Made by a program: the position numbers and the translations under genes. From positions 57,474 to 121,473 of the forward strand of contig JAHLTZ010000049.1 in the NCBI GenBank assembly GCA_025786725.1: a stretch of DNA of 64,000 bases, written 5' to 3'. Shown here piece by piece: positions 27,381 through 42,052 of the stretch (position 1 is the stretch's first letter; every line of letters starts with the position of its first letter). The stretch comes from Syncephalis fuscata S228 (lineage: Eukaryota; Fungi; Zoopagomycota). The notes beneath the pieces are model-generated. The model had not been told where the DNA came from. It did not search any database and saw only the letters and a program-made list of their open reading frames with translations.

Positions 27381-28975
27381 TTGGCCCTTGCAACAACGTA
27401 TTACCTTTGTAATCGTTTTAATCTATATAGCTCTATTGTAATTGTGTGTGTATTGTTATATTTACACGGTTAATCTACCACTTATTATTATAACAGATAA
27501 GATAACATTTTACTTGGTTGTTTTATTAATGTTAATGCTGTTTAATTAACATTACAATTTATTAATAATTGGTATGATTTGATGGCCAATTGGTTATATT
27601 TAATAATATTTGTGCAATTGAGCTAGACATTCGTTCTAGTAAACAGGAATTGGGCGGTGAATGACGTCAATGGTGAAAATACTCATTATTATAATTTATT
27701 ATTCAGTACATATAGGTATATCCGTTCATCTATAACATTAGCAATCTGCCCTATACTATTATATATCATTATATGCTATATTAAATACATCTTATTTATT
27801 ATACTTCAGCACACTTCGCCCAGCACACTCATTGCGTTATATGCACTATAGCTTTAGCGCCGTTATTTATGCTTTTACATCGTGTATTTATTGTTACCGC
27901 TCTAGTTTAAAGAATGTATTTTAAATGATCAAGTATCACTTTACCCTAAAGTTATTCTAATGCTTTAGCTTTTGGTTTTTGCTTATACTTATTCTAAGGC
28001 TTGGAATACAGTGTGTTATTTAATTAGTATTGATCTGATAATAAACTTATTCCTTACCGGCACTAATTGTTACAGTTTAGCTACATCAAACTGAATAGCT
28101 TGTAAGATGCTATGTATAAATAACATGGACTAAGAACTTATTGTCATTATTGGTATTAAATACAGCTATCATTTCATAGTAAACAAATATTTACATGTAA
28201 TAGTTTTGTAATAGTTGTTGTTAATAATTAGTACTGATGTTTGATATATATTGTTTTGTGATCGTTTATATGCTATATTGACAAACCATATGATGTATTT
28301 CCTAGACACACTATCATAGCAATATAATTGCAATATTAGAATGGTAATAATGCAGAATTATTATCAGTAAATTATGCAATAAATGTATGTTTATATATAA
28401 AGTTGGTATTTATAAAACATATTAACCTACAACGCAATATATGAAATAAAGTAATAGTTTTCAAACTAAATACATAAACTATATTAAATTAAACTAAAGT
28501 ATGTATATAAAACCAAATCATTTTACAAAAAAATGATTACCAGTTTTAAAATATTCAGGCTAGATGCATTCTATTTGCAGTTCGTCATGCTATTCTAGTC
28601 AGTCCAAAGGTCTGTTATCTTTCAAACAACTGCTTCATTCGTTTAGTTCTATTTCCATCATGTCGACTCATAATACAACACACCGCCAAAGATATGGCAA
28701 ATTGTCGAGATATTCATCATATATTGTCGTTGAGTGAAGCCACTGCCATTATTGCTTTGGCACGCACTTGTAAAGTATTGTATAATTCTATTAATCGCAA
28801 TAGTTTATGGCTTCAACTATACCAGCGTGATTTTCCTCGTAATATCAATACCGATATTGACTGGTAAAATGGCAATTAGAACAAAAGCAACAAGTGGCAG
28901 GAACAGTAACTGGCACGGATAACGAAGTAGCAACAAATGTACTTGGTTTCAACTATACAACCAGCGTATGAACAC
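27381..28975 (+). repeat. 1.6-kb segmental duplication, inverted partner at 53484-55079
   Basis: ttggcccttgcaacaacg...atgaacac is the near-identical reverse complement of 53484-55079. The ORF track shows twin peptides MNDVNGENT(H/R)YYN at 27657(+) and 54803(-). Confidence 0.95.
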
Positions 28976-30052
28976 AGATTAAATTGGCAAAAGAACGAGC
29001 CATCATTGACAATTCATCTAGAATTCTATAATATATTTGATGTATTATTTTCTATAAAATCAATTATTGCAAATTATTCTGGCTAGTTTGCAATTGCAAA
29101 ATCAAAAAATATGGTCAGAACGTATTCGTTAGATCTGGGTAGAACCAATTTAATTTTTATAAAAAACATAGCCTTTTATCAGTATCAACACCAAGTAGAT
29201 GCCGCTGATGATGGCACACGTGTAATCCTACTTCTAAACTGTACTGGGACTTTATCAAAAATACTTTAGATATATAACGCAAATAATTGTCAACTGTTGC
29301 AGTTTATTGATTTTGATGGCAAATGGGACGGCAGAATCATAGGTGCATCTGTGCTATCTTCCAAATTTCAAGACTTTGGTATTACTCAACTATTCTATAG
29401 CAATATTTTAAAAACACAAGTATACAAGCTTCAATTCATTAATGTCGCCAACATTGGCGATAAAGAAAAGTTTAAAATACACGTAATGAACGACAATGAA
29501 GTAATTTTTTACAATACACTGGCTTGGGAATGAGACCATTGTATAACACGCGTGTTGTTAACTCCTGATGTCAAATTGTTGACGAGCGATCACAGCACAG
29601 CACAACTAATAGAAATTACAGCGGATTATGTAGAGTTTTCAGTAATGCAATAATAGTTCAAAAGGAATTGCATTTAATTAATCATGATCGCATATTGCTT
29701 TTCTGCAGCTTTTGTCTAGCCGAGAGAACTTTGAGTGACATTATAGCGAATTGGCAACGCTACAGCAGAGTGATTTCTTTAAACAAAAAAGTCATTTTTG
29801 AGCATTGCTATCCAGCAGAAAAACTCGAGGATTTTATTTTAGCTCCAGCACGTAACTTGGCCGTATTTAACTCGAGCATCCGCCACAAATTTGTCATTAT
29901 TTCATTATTGGATGGAGAAATTAAGTGCAACATCGATATAAGTATTACACACAGTACACAGTATCACTTTCTTATAAAGTTGAATTCGGTTACATACTAT
30001 TAATAAGTAAGAAGACAAAGCTCATTACAAGTTTTGTATTTGAATTAACTAA
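28660..30052 (+). pseudogene. F-box-like family copy 3, degenerate
   Basis: Collinear with copy 2 but has multiple indels, in-frame TAG at 29084-29086 in place of the Trp of SYPGWFAI, and lacks the QHLxDTKII...FGHM segment. End coordinate approximate. Confidence 0.8.
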
Positions 30053-30179
30053 ACTTTATAACTATATTTAATAGTATTATTTAGTCTCAGATTTCTCACT
30101 AATATATCAATACATTGGTATCAATTTCACATAATAATGATTACACTCGTTCTCTATTCTACTTTTTTCTATTGCTCTA

Positions 30180-30699
30180 ATGACGACGAATGCATTGGAA
30201 TCTTCAAAAAACCCGGCTGTTTTACGCTTTCTAGCCGAAGTGGCACAAGCCCGTAAAGAAGCTGTCATTTCACGCTCATCGTCAACAACTACGGCCAATC
30301 CCTCTATTGTCATTCAATCGATAGAGAAACCCGACAACAACACTGCTTGTTTAATAGATAATACGGAGCGGTCGCCTGGTATCTATCGTCAAAATGGCCA
30401 GGTAATTAATTACTATTCCACAATACTATTTATTAATATATTTTTACTATTTAGTGGAAGTACAGTTACCACCAACACCTATACGCCCATCATCAAAAGA
30501 GTGCTGTGGTAGTCGATGTCGTCCTTGTATATTTGATACATTTAGAGAAACGCAGAAACAACATAAACAACTAGTTGAACGTATTCATACACTACATGCA
30601 CTTATTAAATCACACACCATTGATAAAGACGCCAATCTAGTAGATATTGAAGATATAGTTACCAAAGAAGACGGTGATGTCATTATAATAAATCATTGA
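30180..30699 (+). CDS. Small protein with oxidoreductase-like (OXLD1-type) Cys motif, 2 exons
   Basis: Intron ~30402-30454; exon 2 encodes LPPTPIRPSSKECCGSRCRPCIFDTF (P-x-P...CCGxxCxPCIFD signature). Confidence 0.7.
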
Positions 30700-30726
30700 T
30701 TGTATTTATTAATTTCTGTAATTAAT

Positions 30727-33700
30727 CTAATCAAAATATTTCTGTAATGGTTCACCCAAATGACGTTCAATGACTGCCATCACTTGTTGTGTAGTACGCT
30801 CCACCAGAATATCATCATCTACAACGTTCATATTATTAATAAACGCTAATCTACCCTATCCTATTATAATAGTACTCACCTTCCATTAATTCAGCTAGGA
30901 ATGGAATTGTTTCAGGTAGAAGAATAAGGAATTCCTCACCCAAACGGTCATAAAACTCGCGCACTGCTTCTAATGCTGCCACTCTAACTACTGGTCGGTC
31001 GTCGCGTGTATTCAGCAACACTTGAGCATTTAATGGCTTCCATACCACATCAGTACCCGAAGTGACTGCCAACTGTCCCAAACACGGCACCAACTGCTCC
31101 TTCATTCTTGTCTATTATATCATAAATCATATTAGAACTAGTCTATAGCTATTCCATATCTACTTACCAAATACGTGTCATCTTCTTCGTTATCTCCAAT
31201 ACAGCTTAGTTGATGCACTAGTGGTGCTAGTATCTTCTCGGATAAGTGAGTGGTCCAGAACCCGTCATTATCATAGAGTAGACACTTGGACAAGCCTCCC
31301 ACTAAGAGAGACCACAACTCTATCGACGGTAGTTGATTCAATTTACCAATAACATCATCCAATATATAGACATAATAAGGAACAACAATAGATTTAAGCT
31401 GATCTAATAGCTGATCAATGAATCTGTAGAAGAATTTTTGACGAGGTATTTGATCAGATACCGGAACATGTACACCCATGGCCCATTCAACGGCTTTAAG
31501 GAATATGGGTTTGAACATAGTCTCGTTCAATTTCATAACCATTTGCAAGAAAGCATTAATAACACTTGTTTCCAACTGATCACAAGTCTATAGTAGATAC
31601 TATTAGTATATCTGTACAGTATAACTAGTATACGGCTTACCTTGCTATCAAAGGAATTGACACGTCTAATGTCAAATAGCTGTAAAAAGAACTTAAATAT
31701 TGGCTTGTAGTGTTGTTGAAGTGTATTTCTGTCCATCACCTCAATCACTTTACCCAAGAATTGATAATAAGCCAATAAAGACTAACAAAATGTTAATACA
31801 ACATCAATACAATACAACGCTATTAATCCATACTTACCGGAGTACCATTATCAATGAGAGAAGTGTAGATGTCAAATGTAGGGGCCAGTAATAGACGTGG
31901 GGGCACATGAAGTGCTAATTGTTGAATAACTAAATGGGCCCGTATACTCACTTGATCACCATGACCACCCACTACAGATGGATCTAGTAGGTGGCGTAGA
32001 ATAGAGGGTAGATACGGTCCCATAAACACAGACATGTGTCTAGCCATAACATCAATCAATCCCAGTAGACTAAGACGCATCAACGTAGTGGATTGTGTCT
32101 CTGTAGATGTATCCATGGCTGTGGCTGTGGCTGTAGATTGCTGTTCCATATAGTTTACTACAATAGGCATAAACTTGGGCAGTAGTGGCACTACACGTGG
32201 ACCCAACTCTCTACAGTACACGCTAAGACATATAATACTAGAGGCGGCCACTTGTCTGTTCTCGTGACCAAGAGCCCATTCACCAGTAATAACGGCCAAT
32301 ACATCAATAAAGGCGGTAGGATCAGTACGGCCAAAGTGTTTAACCAACAGAGCCAGACTGACAAGCGCCGTCTGTTTATTAATAGCCACCTAGAAATATA
32401 ATTAACTATTAATAATTACCACCACTTATTAACAATGATCCACTTACTTCAATGGCTTCACGGTCCTTTGGTTTCGCTTTAATGGCAATCATCGCTGTTA
32501 AGTGAGGCAACATACCAAGGAATAGTTCCTTTTCAGTTATTTCAACACCTTCATCTAACGCTTCAACCTTCTCATTAAATAGCAACATTGATTTACGGCG
32601 AATAGATGGATTCTCGTGTTTAAGCAACTCGCTTACAATACGCATAAATGTAGGTAGTGTAAGTAGTCGGTGTACATTGTTAAGTACATCGTTGCCTAGT
32701 CGAGCAATACCTCTCCAGTATTTAATAACTGAAGTGGTGGATTGACCAGTAGCCATTAGAGATCTCTCATGGGCCAGTAGTGTATCTACTAGAGAGAGAA
32801 GTGATTCAGATAGTGTCAAATAGTACTCTTCTAACGAATTAGATGTTGATTCAATTAATTGATTGAGGAAGGGACGGCTCTCCAGTAATTGTCGAGCAAA
32901 CTCAAGTGTGGCCCATTTCAATTGACGGATTTGCTTATTAGTAGCTAATTTTCTATAATAAAATATGAGTTAATTAATTAGTTGATTAATTGACTGATTG
33001 ATTGCTAACATTAGTGGACTTACTTTAGTGGTTCTGGCATGTTGTCCACTAATTCATTAGGCGTAGTGTCAAGTGTCGTCACTAATTGATGCAACATCTA
33101 CATAGAATACATAGAATACATTAACATTAACACTAGCAACAATATCATTTGTACATACCTTTAGTTGAGTAGAGGCTGTGGAGTGTTCAGATACTTGTCG
33201 ACAGAACTCCATTAATGTATCGGCATCTTCGGTTGATTTAGACATTCTATCGGTATATTTAATCAATAGAAGTAGCAATACTTGATGCAAGTGTTCATCT
33301 GCACCTAGTGTGCTCACTAGAACAGAGAAGAGACGTAGACGACGATGACGTGGAATATGGAAGAAGGCATCAACAAAGATATCCATTAATCCACGTGTAT
33401 TCTGTCGACTATTAGTAGCCATCAGTGGTGGAATAATCTTCTCTAATGTCTATATATGTATCTATTAGTATCGTATACAAATACTAATGAGCAACTTACT
33501 TGTTGAATAATGTGGAAGCTGTAGTTGTCATCTTGTCGTAATACACTGGCACCCATAAAAGTAAACACTGGCATGATATTCTGCAATACTAGATCGGGCT
33601 GCACAGAAGCTAGTGAAGCGAGTAACAGCAGAGCTTGACCGTGTATCTGTGGATTAGTAGTACCACGAATACATTGCACAACTAGATCAACTCTAATACG

Positions 33701-36700
33701 ACTAGCATCCAATGAAGGTGCTGCTTCTCCACCCTCAGTACTTTGTAGTAGTAGTTGTCGAATAATACGCGTTAGACCAGAGAGTATCAGCTGGTTGACA
33801 TAATCAAGTACAACTCTAGTCTCACTCGTCTCACCCGACAGCATAATAGCGAGTAGATCAAATAGAGGCAATACTAATTGTATTTCATCTCCAGTGACAT
33901 CTCTATACTGTATTAATTCAAGTACAACAGTAATACGCTGAATAGCCGTGGTAGATGATGTGGCGGCACCCGTGACGTCAGTGTCATCAGAGACTAGTTT
34001 GGATCGCTTAGTGTGTTGAGCAGTATTGGCTTCAGTGGCTAGTATTTCTTGACACTGTAGTAATTCATAGGCTAGTACCGTGCAGGAGGCATAGATATGC
34101 TTAATAACACGACGTGCTTCAATGGCTACATTTGCTTGTTCAGTTAGTGTAAGTTGTACCAATTGCGAGAATAGTTGCTGTTGGCGCACTTCACTAAGAA
34201 CAGCAAAGAAATCACGTGTAATTACTGCGAGTGTTGTTCGTTGTAGATGTTCACGGTCAACATCAGATAGACTAGTGATGGTTGTCAGGCCACTAAGTAG
34301 GCTGAATAGCGCCTTTCTAGCATTGGACCCTTTAACGTTAATCTGTGAAGCAGATACAGCATCGAAGCTGTATAAAATTCCTCCAAATACGTAATAGAGG
34401 GTGGTGATGACAGAATAAGTGGTGCTAAATGACGTAATTTCAATGGACTCTGAACTGCTCGTACAATCTGCAATAGACGTGTACGTAAAACGGTCGATGG
34501 TTCGGCCACAATACTTGATAGAATAAACGATAGCCATATTTCTGTTTGTCTACATAAATACTATTAGTATGGATTGATTAATATTAAAGTGCAATTACCT
34601 GGAGCGATCGTTAGAGTCGTTTAATAGAATAGATAGATGATTGGGCAGACACTCAATATCTACCAGTAATTCGGCTCTCTTCTCTAGCAATTGCTGTGTC
34701 ATGACCATTGCTTCATTGGTGGGCAGATAGAGTAAATGCTCTGAGCCGGTGGAGCCATAAAGTGTGGATTGATCATAAATAGCCGCTAATGTGTCACGCT
34801 TCTTACTCTTCTTTTTATTCTTCTTGCCATCTGTAGATTCGATTGATGACTGCAGTGAAGTGTACACTGTATGCAGCGACTCTAAGCATTGCATAGCCAG
34901 TTGGCGTATCGTCTTGTCCGAGTCCATTAATGCGCTCATTAACCAAGGTAGATAGAGTTGGAAGTCGGCCATATCTCCTGGCTGCTTCTCATAGCTCTTC
35001 CAGTAGACTGAGGCAATTTCTAAACTGCGAATACGGGTCAGTAGTGAAATGGACGGTTCTGACCAAATGCTTGATAAGAAGGCCAATGGTGATTTGGCTA
35101 AATGCAGCGAGAATAGTGCTTTAACAACTATTTGGAATGGCATAAGATCTTCTTCTTGGTGAACAGCTAGGAAGAGTGTACGTACAGTGTTGGCATAGAG
35201 GGTAGACACTGTCGTTGTACCTTCATCTTCCGAGTGCACTGTATGCCAGCATACATCAGTAGATGGCGGTGTGAGCTGTACAACAATACAATGAAGTGAC
35301 CACACTACAGCTGCTGGTAAATAGTCAGCTAGCGTATCGGTGGGCACCAATTGATCGTATAATTGCTCGGCTGATTCTTCTGGTGAAAGCTTTGCTAAAC
35401 GTGTTACTAATTCGCTAGCCACAAAGGAGAACTCTCTATCGGCCAAACGTTCGCGTAATAGTCGAGTAATTTGTCCAGCTAATAGATAAGCTTGCTGTGT
35501 TTGTAGTTTAGCATCTAGTTGGTTTACATATAAATAATAGTAGGTTTAATATTTAGTAATCTAGACTAGTTAAACTTACCTTGCTTTGTATGCTCTAATA
35601 CACTTTTAACGGTCAATAAGGCAAATAACACAGCTCGATCATTTCCATGCTGTAAATAGTTCAACAAATACTCCGTCTTTCCTTCTTTCACTAATTGACG
35701 AGCGATAAAGTCGATATATAGTGAATTGTATGGTGGTAATTGACGTGGGTGCTTATTGGCCAATTCAGTATAGCCATTTAGTAGTGAATGGCCTATTAAA
35801 CCTGATTTAGCAGTAGCAGCAACTAGGTTGTTATTAGAAGGTTGATATAGCAAAGGCAGAACGAGTGCAACCATTGCATCCCAATGCTCTCTGTGTTGTT
35901 TTGTCGCTAAATGCTCTATAACATAGAATGCAGCTATGGCTGAACACTTATTGTCAGCTATAATAAGCTGTTTAAGCACAGGGAATAAAACACTGAATGG
36001 AATCCATTGATCAAGTTGCGGTAAGGCAAGTACAGTAGAGATCATTTCTTTGTCATCTTCAGATTGTAGGCGAGTTAGTAGGACTTGTTGAATGAATTCA
36101 GCATCCGTCTAAATGAATGGTTAATAGCTGTTAGTTAGACAATTGCTATAAACCTACTGAAGATTGAGTGTTACAAGGTGATTGTTGCATTAGATTGGCC
36201 AGTTGATCAATAGCCAACATACGAATATCAGCATCAGCATGATTAAGAGCAAGGAATAGTGGTGTATCTGTTTCTTTTACTAACTGCTGGCCAGTGCCCT
36301 AATAATAATAACAGTAGTATATAGTTAATATAATAGATAGATTAATGGTAATAGTAGCAATTATTACCTTTAAAGTCGATGCTAGATAATTATATAGAGC
36401 ATTGTATTTTTGCACATCCAATTTGTATTTCTAACGCTTATTTAGATTATTATATAAATTAATAGAGTAATAACTAACCTTAAGTATTGTTTCAATAACA
36501 AGTGTAGCAATATCAGCATGCAATAAACGAATACGCTCTAAACAAGCAGTAACACCCGTAAATGTTGTTGTATCTTCTGTATTAAATTGGATTGAAGCTA
36601 CATGATGCAATAATTGCTCTGTAACAAATTTGAATGTCGTATCACTTAATGGAAGTGTACGTAATAGTTCTTCAATCATATGCCATCCTTGTTCAGTATC

Positions 36701-38134
36701 AATTCTATTATATGAATGTATTAATATTCATATACTATACATTTAACAATTAACACTTGCCTAATTAAAGCTTTAACAAAAATATGGATAAATGATGTAA
36801 TATCATAATTAGAACTGCAATCCAATAGAATAACTGGAACAAATTCACTATAATATGTATATTAGTTAATGTACGCATTAATTAGACGGTATATTTGACT
36901 TACGGTACAGAAAGCAATGATGTTGCTACTTTATCATTAAATGCATCTGGTGCGGTTTCTTGACAGCTTGTCAAGTGCAGTAAGCAAAGTGTTGCTTCCA
37001 TTTGTGATTCCTTTGTACTTGCACTCATAGGATTGACAATGCTGAGTATCAATTCAGTAAGCGCGGTGGCAGAAAAAGTGGCACGAGATGCCAATTGACT
37101 CAAAAGTATCAATGCCACAACCTATTTCATTTATATAAATATAACATATATATGTATATATAGTACTTCATTAATACTTACTCGAGTTTGATCATTAGAT
37201 GGTTGCAATAAACCATATGAGATAGTAGGCAACAGCAATGTAATAAGATTGTTATTGACTTGTTGGACTCGCTTTAACGTTAATACAGCAGTAGCAATAT
37301 AAAAGTTACACTGTGTTTTATGCGCCAATCCACGTTTAGCAGCCGATACCATCTAATAATAGATATAAGCAGACTATTAGTATAGCACTATAGCACGTAC
37401 TTGATCACCAATAATACGTAAAAGTGATAATTGGCGTGTACACTGTTCTACAAGTAGAGGACGTGCCAATGGACGAATAGGACGGCGGAGTGATCGAATA
37501 AACGACCAAATATCGTCATCTCTAAAGTCACTCGTTATTAGTATAGGATATGAAATAAAAACATACTATTACCTGAATTTCATTAATGAAGCCAATTTAG
37601 CAAATTGAGGTGTCTCATGGAATGGCAGTATACCCGCAAGCAATTCAGTGGTATTGAATTCATTGACACTATATAAACCATTAGTTATGAGTCTATAAAG
37701 TAGAATAATAGCTGTACCGGAAACGACGTAGAAGCCATTCAATGCATTTACCCGCCGATCGAGTTAGGAAATACTGCGATATACATTGTGCGAAAAGCGC
37801 AATACTTGTATTAAGCTGTGCATTCTCTTCTCGCGTCTATAATTACAATGGTATGAATAGGCTATATAATAGCTAGTTATTGCAATCAAATTACCTTTAG
37901 TGTACGATCGTATCCTTTCATAGCTGCACTGAATAGCGTATTACGGAATGGCGTGAATCGTTGCTGGTCAAGTTGCTCAAGCTCTGCTAGACCGGCACAA
38001 CCAAGGTCGTAAATAGAATCTAGATCATAATCGGCTGCTTGTTTAGCATCAAAGAGAAATGAAGTGGCAAACTTGTCACTGCCACGCTTCTCTACCGTAG
38101 CAATACGTGCTAATTGTGATGCTAACGAAGCCAT
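30727..38134 (-). CDS. UTP10: U3 snoRNA-associated protein 10 (HEATR1/BAP28), many exons
   Basis: MASLASQLARI...SFLFDAKQAADYDLDSIY; CIEWLLRRF; LPFHETPQF; NIMPVFTFMGASVLRQDDNYSF; FVDAFFHIPRHRRLRLF; KLNETMFKPIF; LLPETIPFLAELME; LGEPLQKYFD*. Confidence 0.96.
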
Positions 38135-39004
38135 AGTGTACTGTTGTTGCTGTTGTTGCGTGTGCGTATGTGATATATCGTTTGGACGTGCGTACCAGCA
38201 AACAACAAGGGCAAAAGAACAAAGTGTAGCAATGAAAAAAAGATAAAATAAAAAATAAAAATATAGATTTTATTATTATGATTCAAGTCTCCCTCTGATT
38301 ATTAACTAATTAATTAACTATGATGATTCATCACTTGATAAAGATTGAAAGTAATGAAAGACATTCAATAATTATATATAGTTAATAAATGGTGTAATAT
38401 AGATAAAGCACCAATATTATTAGAATGGTAGTGAATGTAATTATTTGAGTGTAGCTAGCTATGATATATTAACATTTTCAAAAAAGTTATATTTATTAAC
38501 TGTATAGTAATGAGAGCGGAGTGTGAATGTTAAACGCTAATTGCACCACAAGTCGGTACATCATAGAACATATTAATAGTCAAATGGTAAATGTATTAAG
38601 AATAAAAGTCGCTGAACACCAAAGAGTACTGTTAATCTGTTTATTAGTAAGACAATGACAGCATTAATAAATAGTATTTTGAATGAGTTACTAGCTAAGG
38701 ATTGCCATTAAATAACGCTTCCAGGTCAAACAAGTTCGAAAAGAAAAAGCGCTGGTTTACTATTTTATAGAATAAATAAATAAAATCTATTCACCTTAGC
38801 AAGTCTGAGCGCATTACGTTTATATACACTTATGATTCAATTGGCTTTATTTTATTAAACAATACCGACTTTGCTTGGCTAGCGTACTTGAATTACACGC
38901 TAGACTATACAACCATAACGTAACCCGTAAGTTTGTATTATAGAAGTATTTTCTTTTCTAACTGTAACCTATTTAAAGGTGTTTACCATTGTACAGCCAA
39001 CAAA

Positions 39005-41968
39005 ATGAAGGTTGTTGCACTCATTAGGTATTACTTCGTCTAGAAACGCTTATATTAGTGCCAATAACTATAATTCTGATATATGTGTACTCTTTTATAG
39101 CGGTGGCAAGGATAGTTGCTTTAATATGATGCACTGTCGGGCCAATGGCCATGACATTATTGCTCTGGCTAACTTGTATCCACCAAAAGACTCCGGTAAA
39201 GGTAGTGTACAACAAGGGCAACACGATATAAAAGTTAAATGAATTGTATTTACATCCATAATATGTATAATAATTAGATGAATTGGATAGTTTTGTGTAT
39301 CAAACAGTGGGCCACGATGCCATCCACTGGTATGCCGAGTGTATGGATCTGCCATTAATACGTAGAGAAATACACGGAACACCAGAACGGCAAACACTTG
39401 ACTACGATGTAACAATCAATGACGAGACAGAGGATCTCTATGCACTTCTATCTGAGGTTAAGGTATAATAAAATAAAATAGCCAACACTTGATGCTAATG
39501 TTAAATAATAGACACGTTATCCAGATGTTCAAGGTGTATCGGTCGGGGCAATTCTTTCAAACTATCAGCGCATCCGTGTTGAACATGTGTAAGTTAATGA
39601 GCAGTATAATCAACTAGCCATTTTGTATAACCGATAAACTCGTAGATGTCAGCGATTAGGTCTAACTTCACTTGCCTATCTTTGGCAACAAGATCAGACT
39701 GAATTGCTTAACTCGATGGTAAAGAACTCATTATGCTCGGTATTAATTAAAGTAGCAGCTATGGGTAATTACATTGAATAACAATGATAACGTGCTATCT
39801 AAATAAATATGATATAGGTTTAAATCAACGCCATTTGGGCAAGTCACTTCAAGAAATGCAACCAACACTATTAAAATTAGTAAGTGTTGTAACGATAATT
39901 TAATAGTGCTTTATTAAATAATGCCATTGATATAGCATAATCAATTTGGTTTACACGTTTGCGGAGAAGGTGGGGAGTATGAAACATTTACGTTAGATTG
40001 TCCACTTTTTGTTAAACGAATTGTTATGTACGTAGATATAACCATGTATTAATTATTGCATAAAATGGCTAATGGTGGCATGTATAGTAAGACGTCAGAA
40101 GTAGTGGTACATTCAGATGATGCATTTGCACCAGTGGCCTATTTAAAGTTTAAAAAGCTTGACGTAGAAATTAAATCAGATTCTATACCTTTATTAATAA
40201 CACCGCCTGATCTACAGTCATTACTGAAGGAAATGCCATTATTGCCATTGCCCGTCAGTGTAGGTCAATTAAGCAACAACACTAACAATCTTATTAATAA
40301 CTGATGGATAATTGAAGATACAACGGCCAACTTGGAATACTACAACATCTATTACAGAGGGTGAAAATGGTAATTTTACTTTAATAAATTTACAATATGA
40401 CTTATTGTGAAATAGTAGCCATACCACACGTCACAAAGCATACGAATGGCCTTATAGCTATTACGGGTATTGCTATGCCAAAAGAAACACTAGAGGAAGA
40501 AACAGAGGCTTGCATGCTTCAACTACAAGGTAAGTACCTATTATTTACGCTATATTCTCTAGTTAATTATCGATAGAAATACTGCAATCTCATTCACGCA
40601 GTTGGCAACATTTATTAGCCATGCATTTATTTGTTAAAGATATGTCAGATTTTGCACGTATTAATACAGTGTATCAACGCTTTTTTACTATAAATCCGCC
40701 AACTCGGTAATACATCATAACAATCGATACTGCTATCGTTACCTTATCGATAACTAACTTATAGTATGTTTTAGTGTATGTGTTGAAGTAAACCTACCTT
40801 TAAATTACCGTCTACGTATTGATTGTATTGTCGGTGATACAATTAAGCAAAATTGCCAGGAACGAGAGACGCTACATGTACAAGGCTTATCTTATTGGGC
40901 ACCAGCCAATATTGGACCGTACTCACAATGTGTCAAGGTATACTGTATTATGAAATAGACACCAACTGATGACTAACAATCGATATGCTTAGAGTAAAGG
41001 TCAAATGTGGATTGCCGGTCAAATTGGTTTAATACCTGCGACATTGCAATTGCCGCAACTGTCTACAGCGGTTGAACAGTTCCGTGCCGAAACTATGCTG
41101 TCACTGCGGCATGTATCGCGTATTGCCCAAGCTGTTAATATATCATTTGAAAAACAAGTTATTATGGGTATTGGCTATGTTACTGACGATCAATGGATTC
41201 TACCAGCACGTACAGCCTGGCGACAACATTTCAACAAGGTTAGTCACTGGATGATTACAAAATATATTCTAACTTAGCATTGTTATTGTTATGTAATAGG
41301 AAAAAGATCAAATAAATAGTGTAATACCTAATGCTTTATTTGTTGTTGTGCCTGCTTTACCGCGTGGTGCGTGTATTGAATGGCAAACTGCATGTTCAAC
41401 AATGCCAATTGAAAATGATGGTGATGAAATGGTTGCAAATACATGTCGTAAGTAGTATTTTTAATCGATCATTGACTATGTAGTCTAATACTTTACCAAA
41501 TTATTATGTAGAAATAACAGCTAATGACAATAGTAGCTACGGTACTATGATTGGATCTGTTGGTTCTGTTATAGCAACCATTAGTAATTGTTCAGCAACT
41601 CTCGATACTAAAGAGGCTATTGATTCAGTTATTAGTGATCTAATTAAACTTATTGATACAGCGCTTGATCGTTTAGAACAATCTTGGCAAAATACATTGA
41701 TATTACGTCTATTCTATTATCAAGGTATGCCTCATTTGTTATTAGAACAAGGTAAGAGTAAATAGCTACACTGTAAATTCATGTCAGCAACTTATTATTA
41801 TTATCATTGTTAGCACTAAATCAATGTTTACACCGTCGTGGTATTTCCACTGATCGTCATAAACTTGCCGTGGCATTTGTGCCCGTAATAGCACTTGCAC
41901 TTGGTGACGCCACCGATAGTATAAGTGATAACACTATACTAGGCGCATGTTTACAATTGTGTTCGTAA
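39005..41968 (+). CDS. DPH6: Diphthine--ammonia ligase with C-terminal RidA/YjgF-like domains, many exons
   Basis: MKVVALI|SGGKDSCFNM; DSFVYQTVGH; GAILSNYQRIRVE; CGEGGEYETFTLDCPLF; LHVQGLSYWAPANIGPYSQ; AGQIGLIP; VVPALPRGACIEWQ. Confidence 0.95.
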
Positions 41969-42052
41969 TTCAAATAAATAAAACACCATGGGCGCATTTT
42001 ATTAAATAGCTAGTTAATTAATTATGAGTATATCTTGTAATTTCTTAATAAA

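Noticed and set aside
27657-27851. Conserved 64-aa ORF also present at 54609-54803
   Set aside because: GTG start; the conservation simply reflects the recent 1.6-kb duplication.
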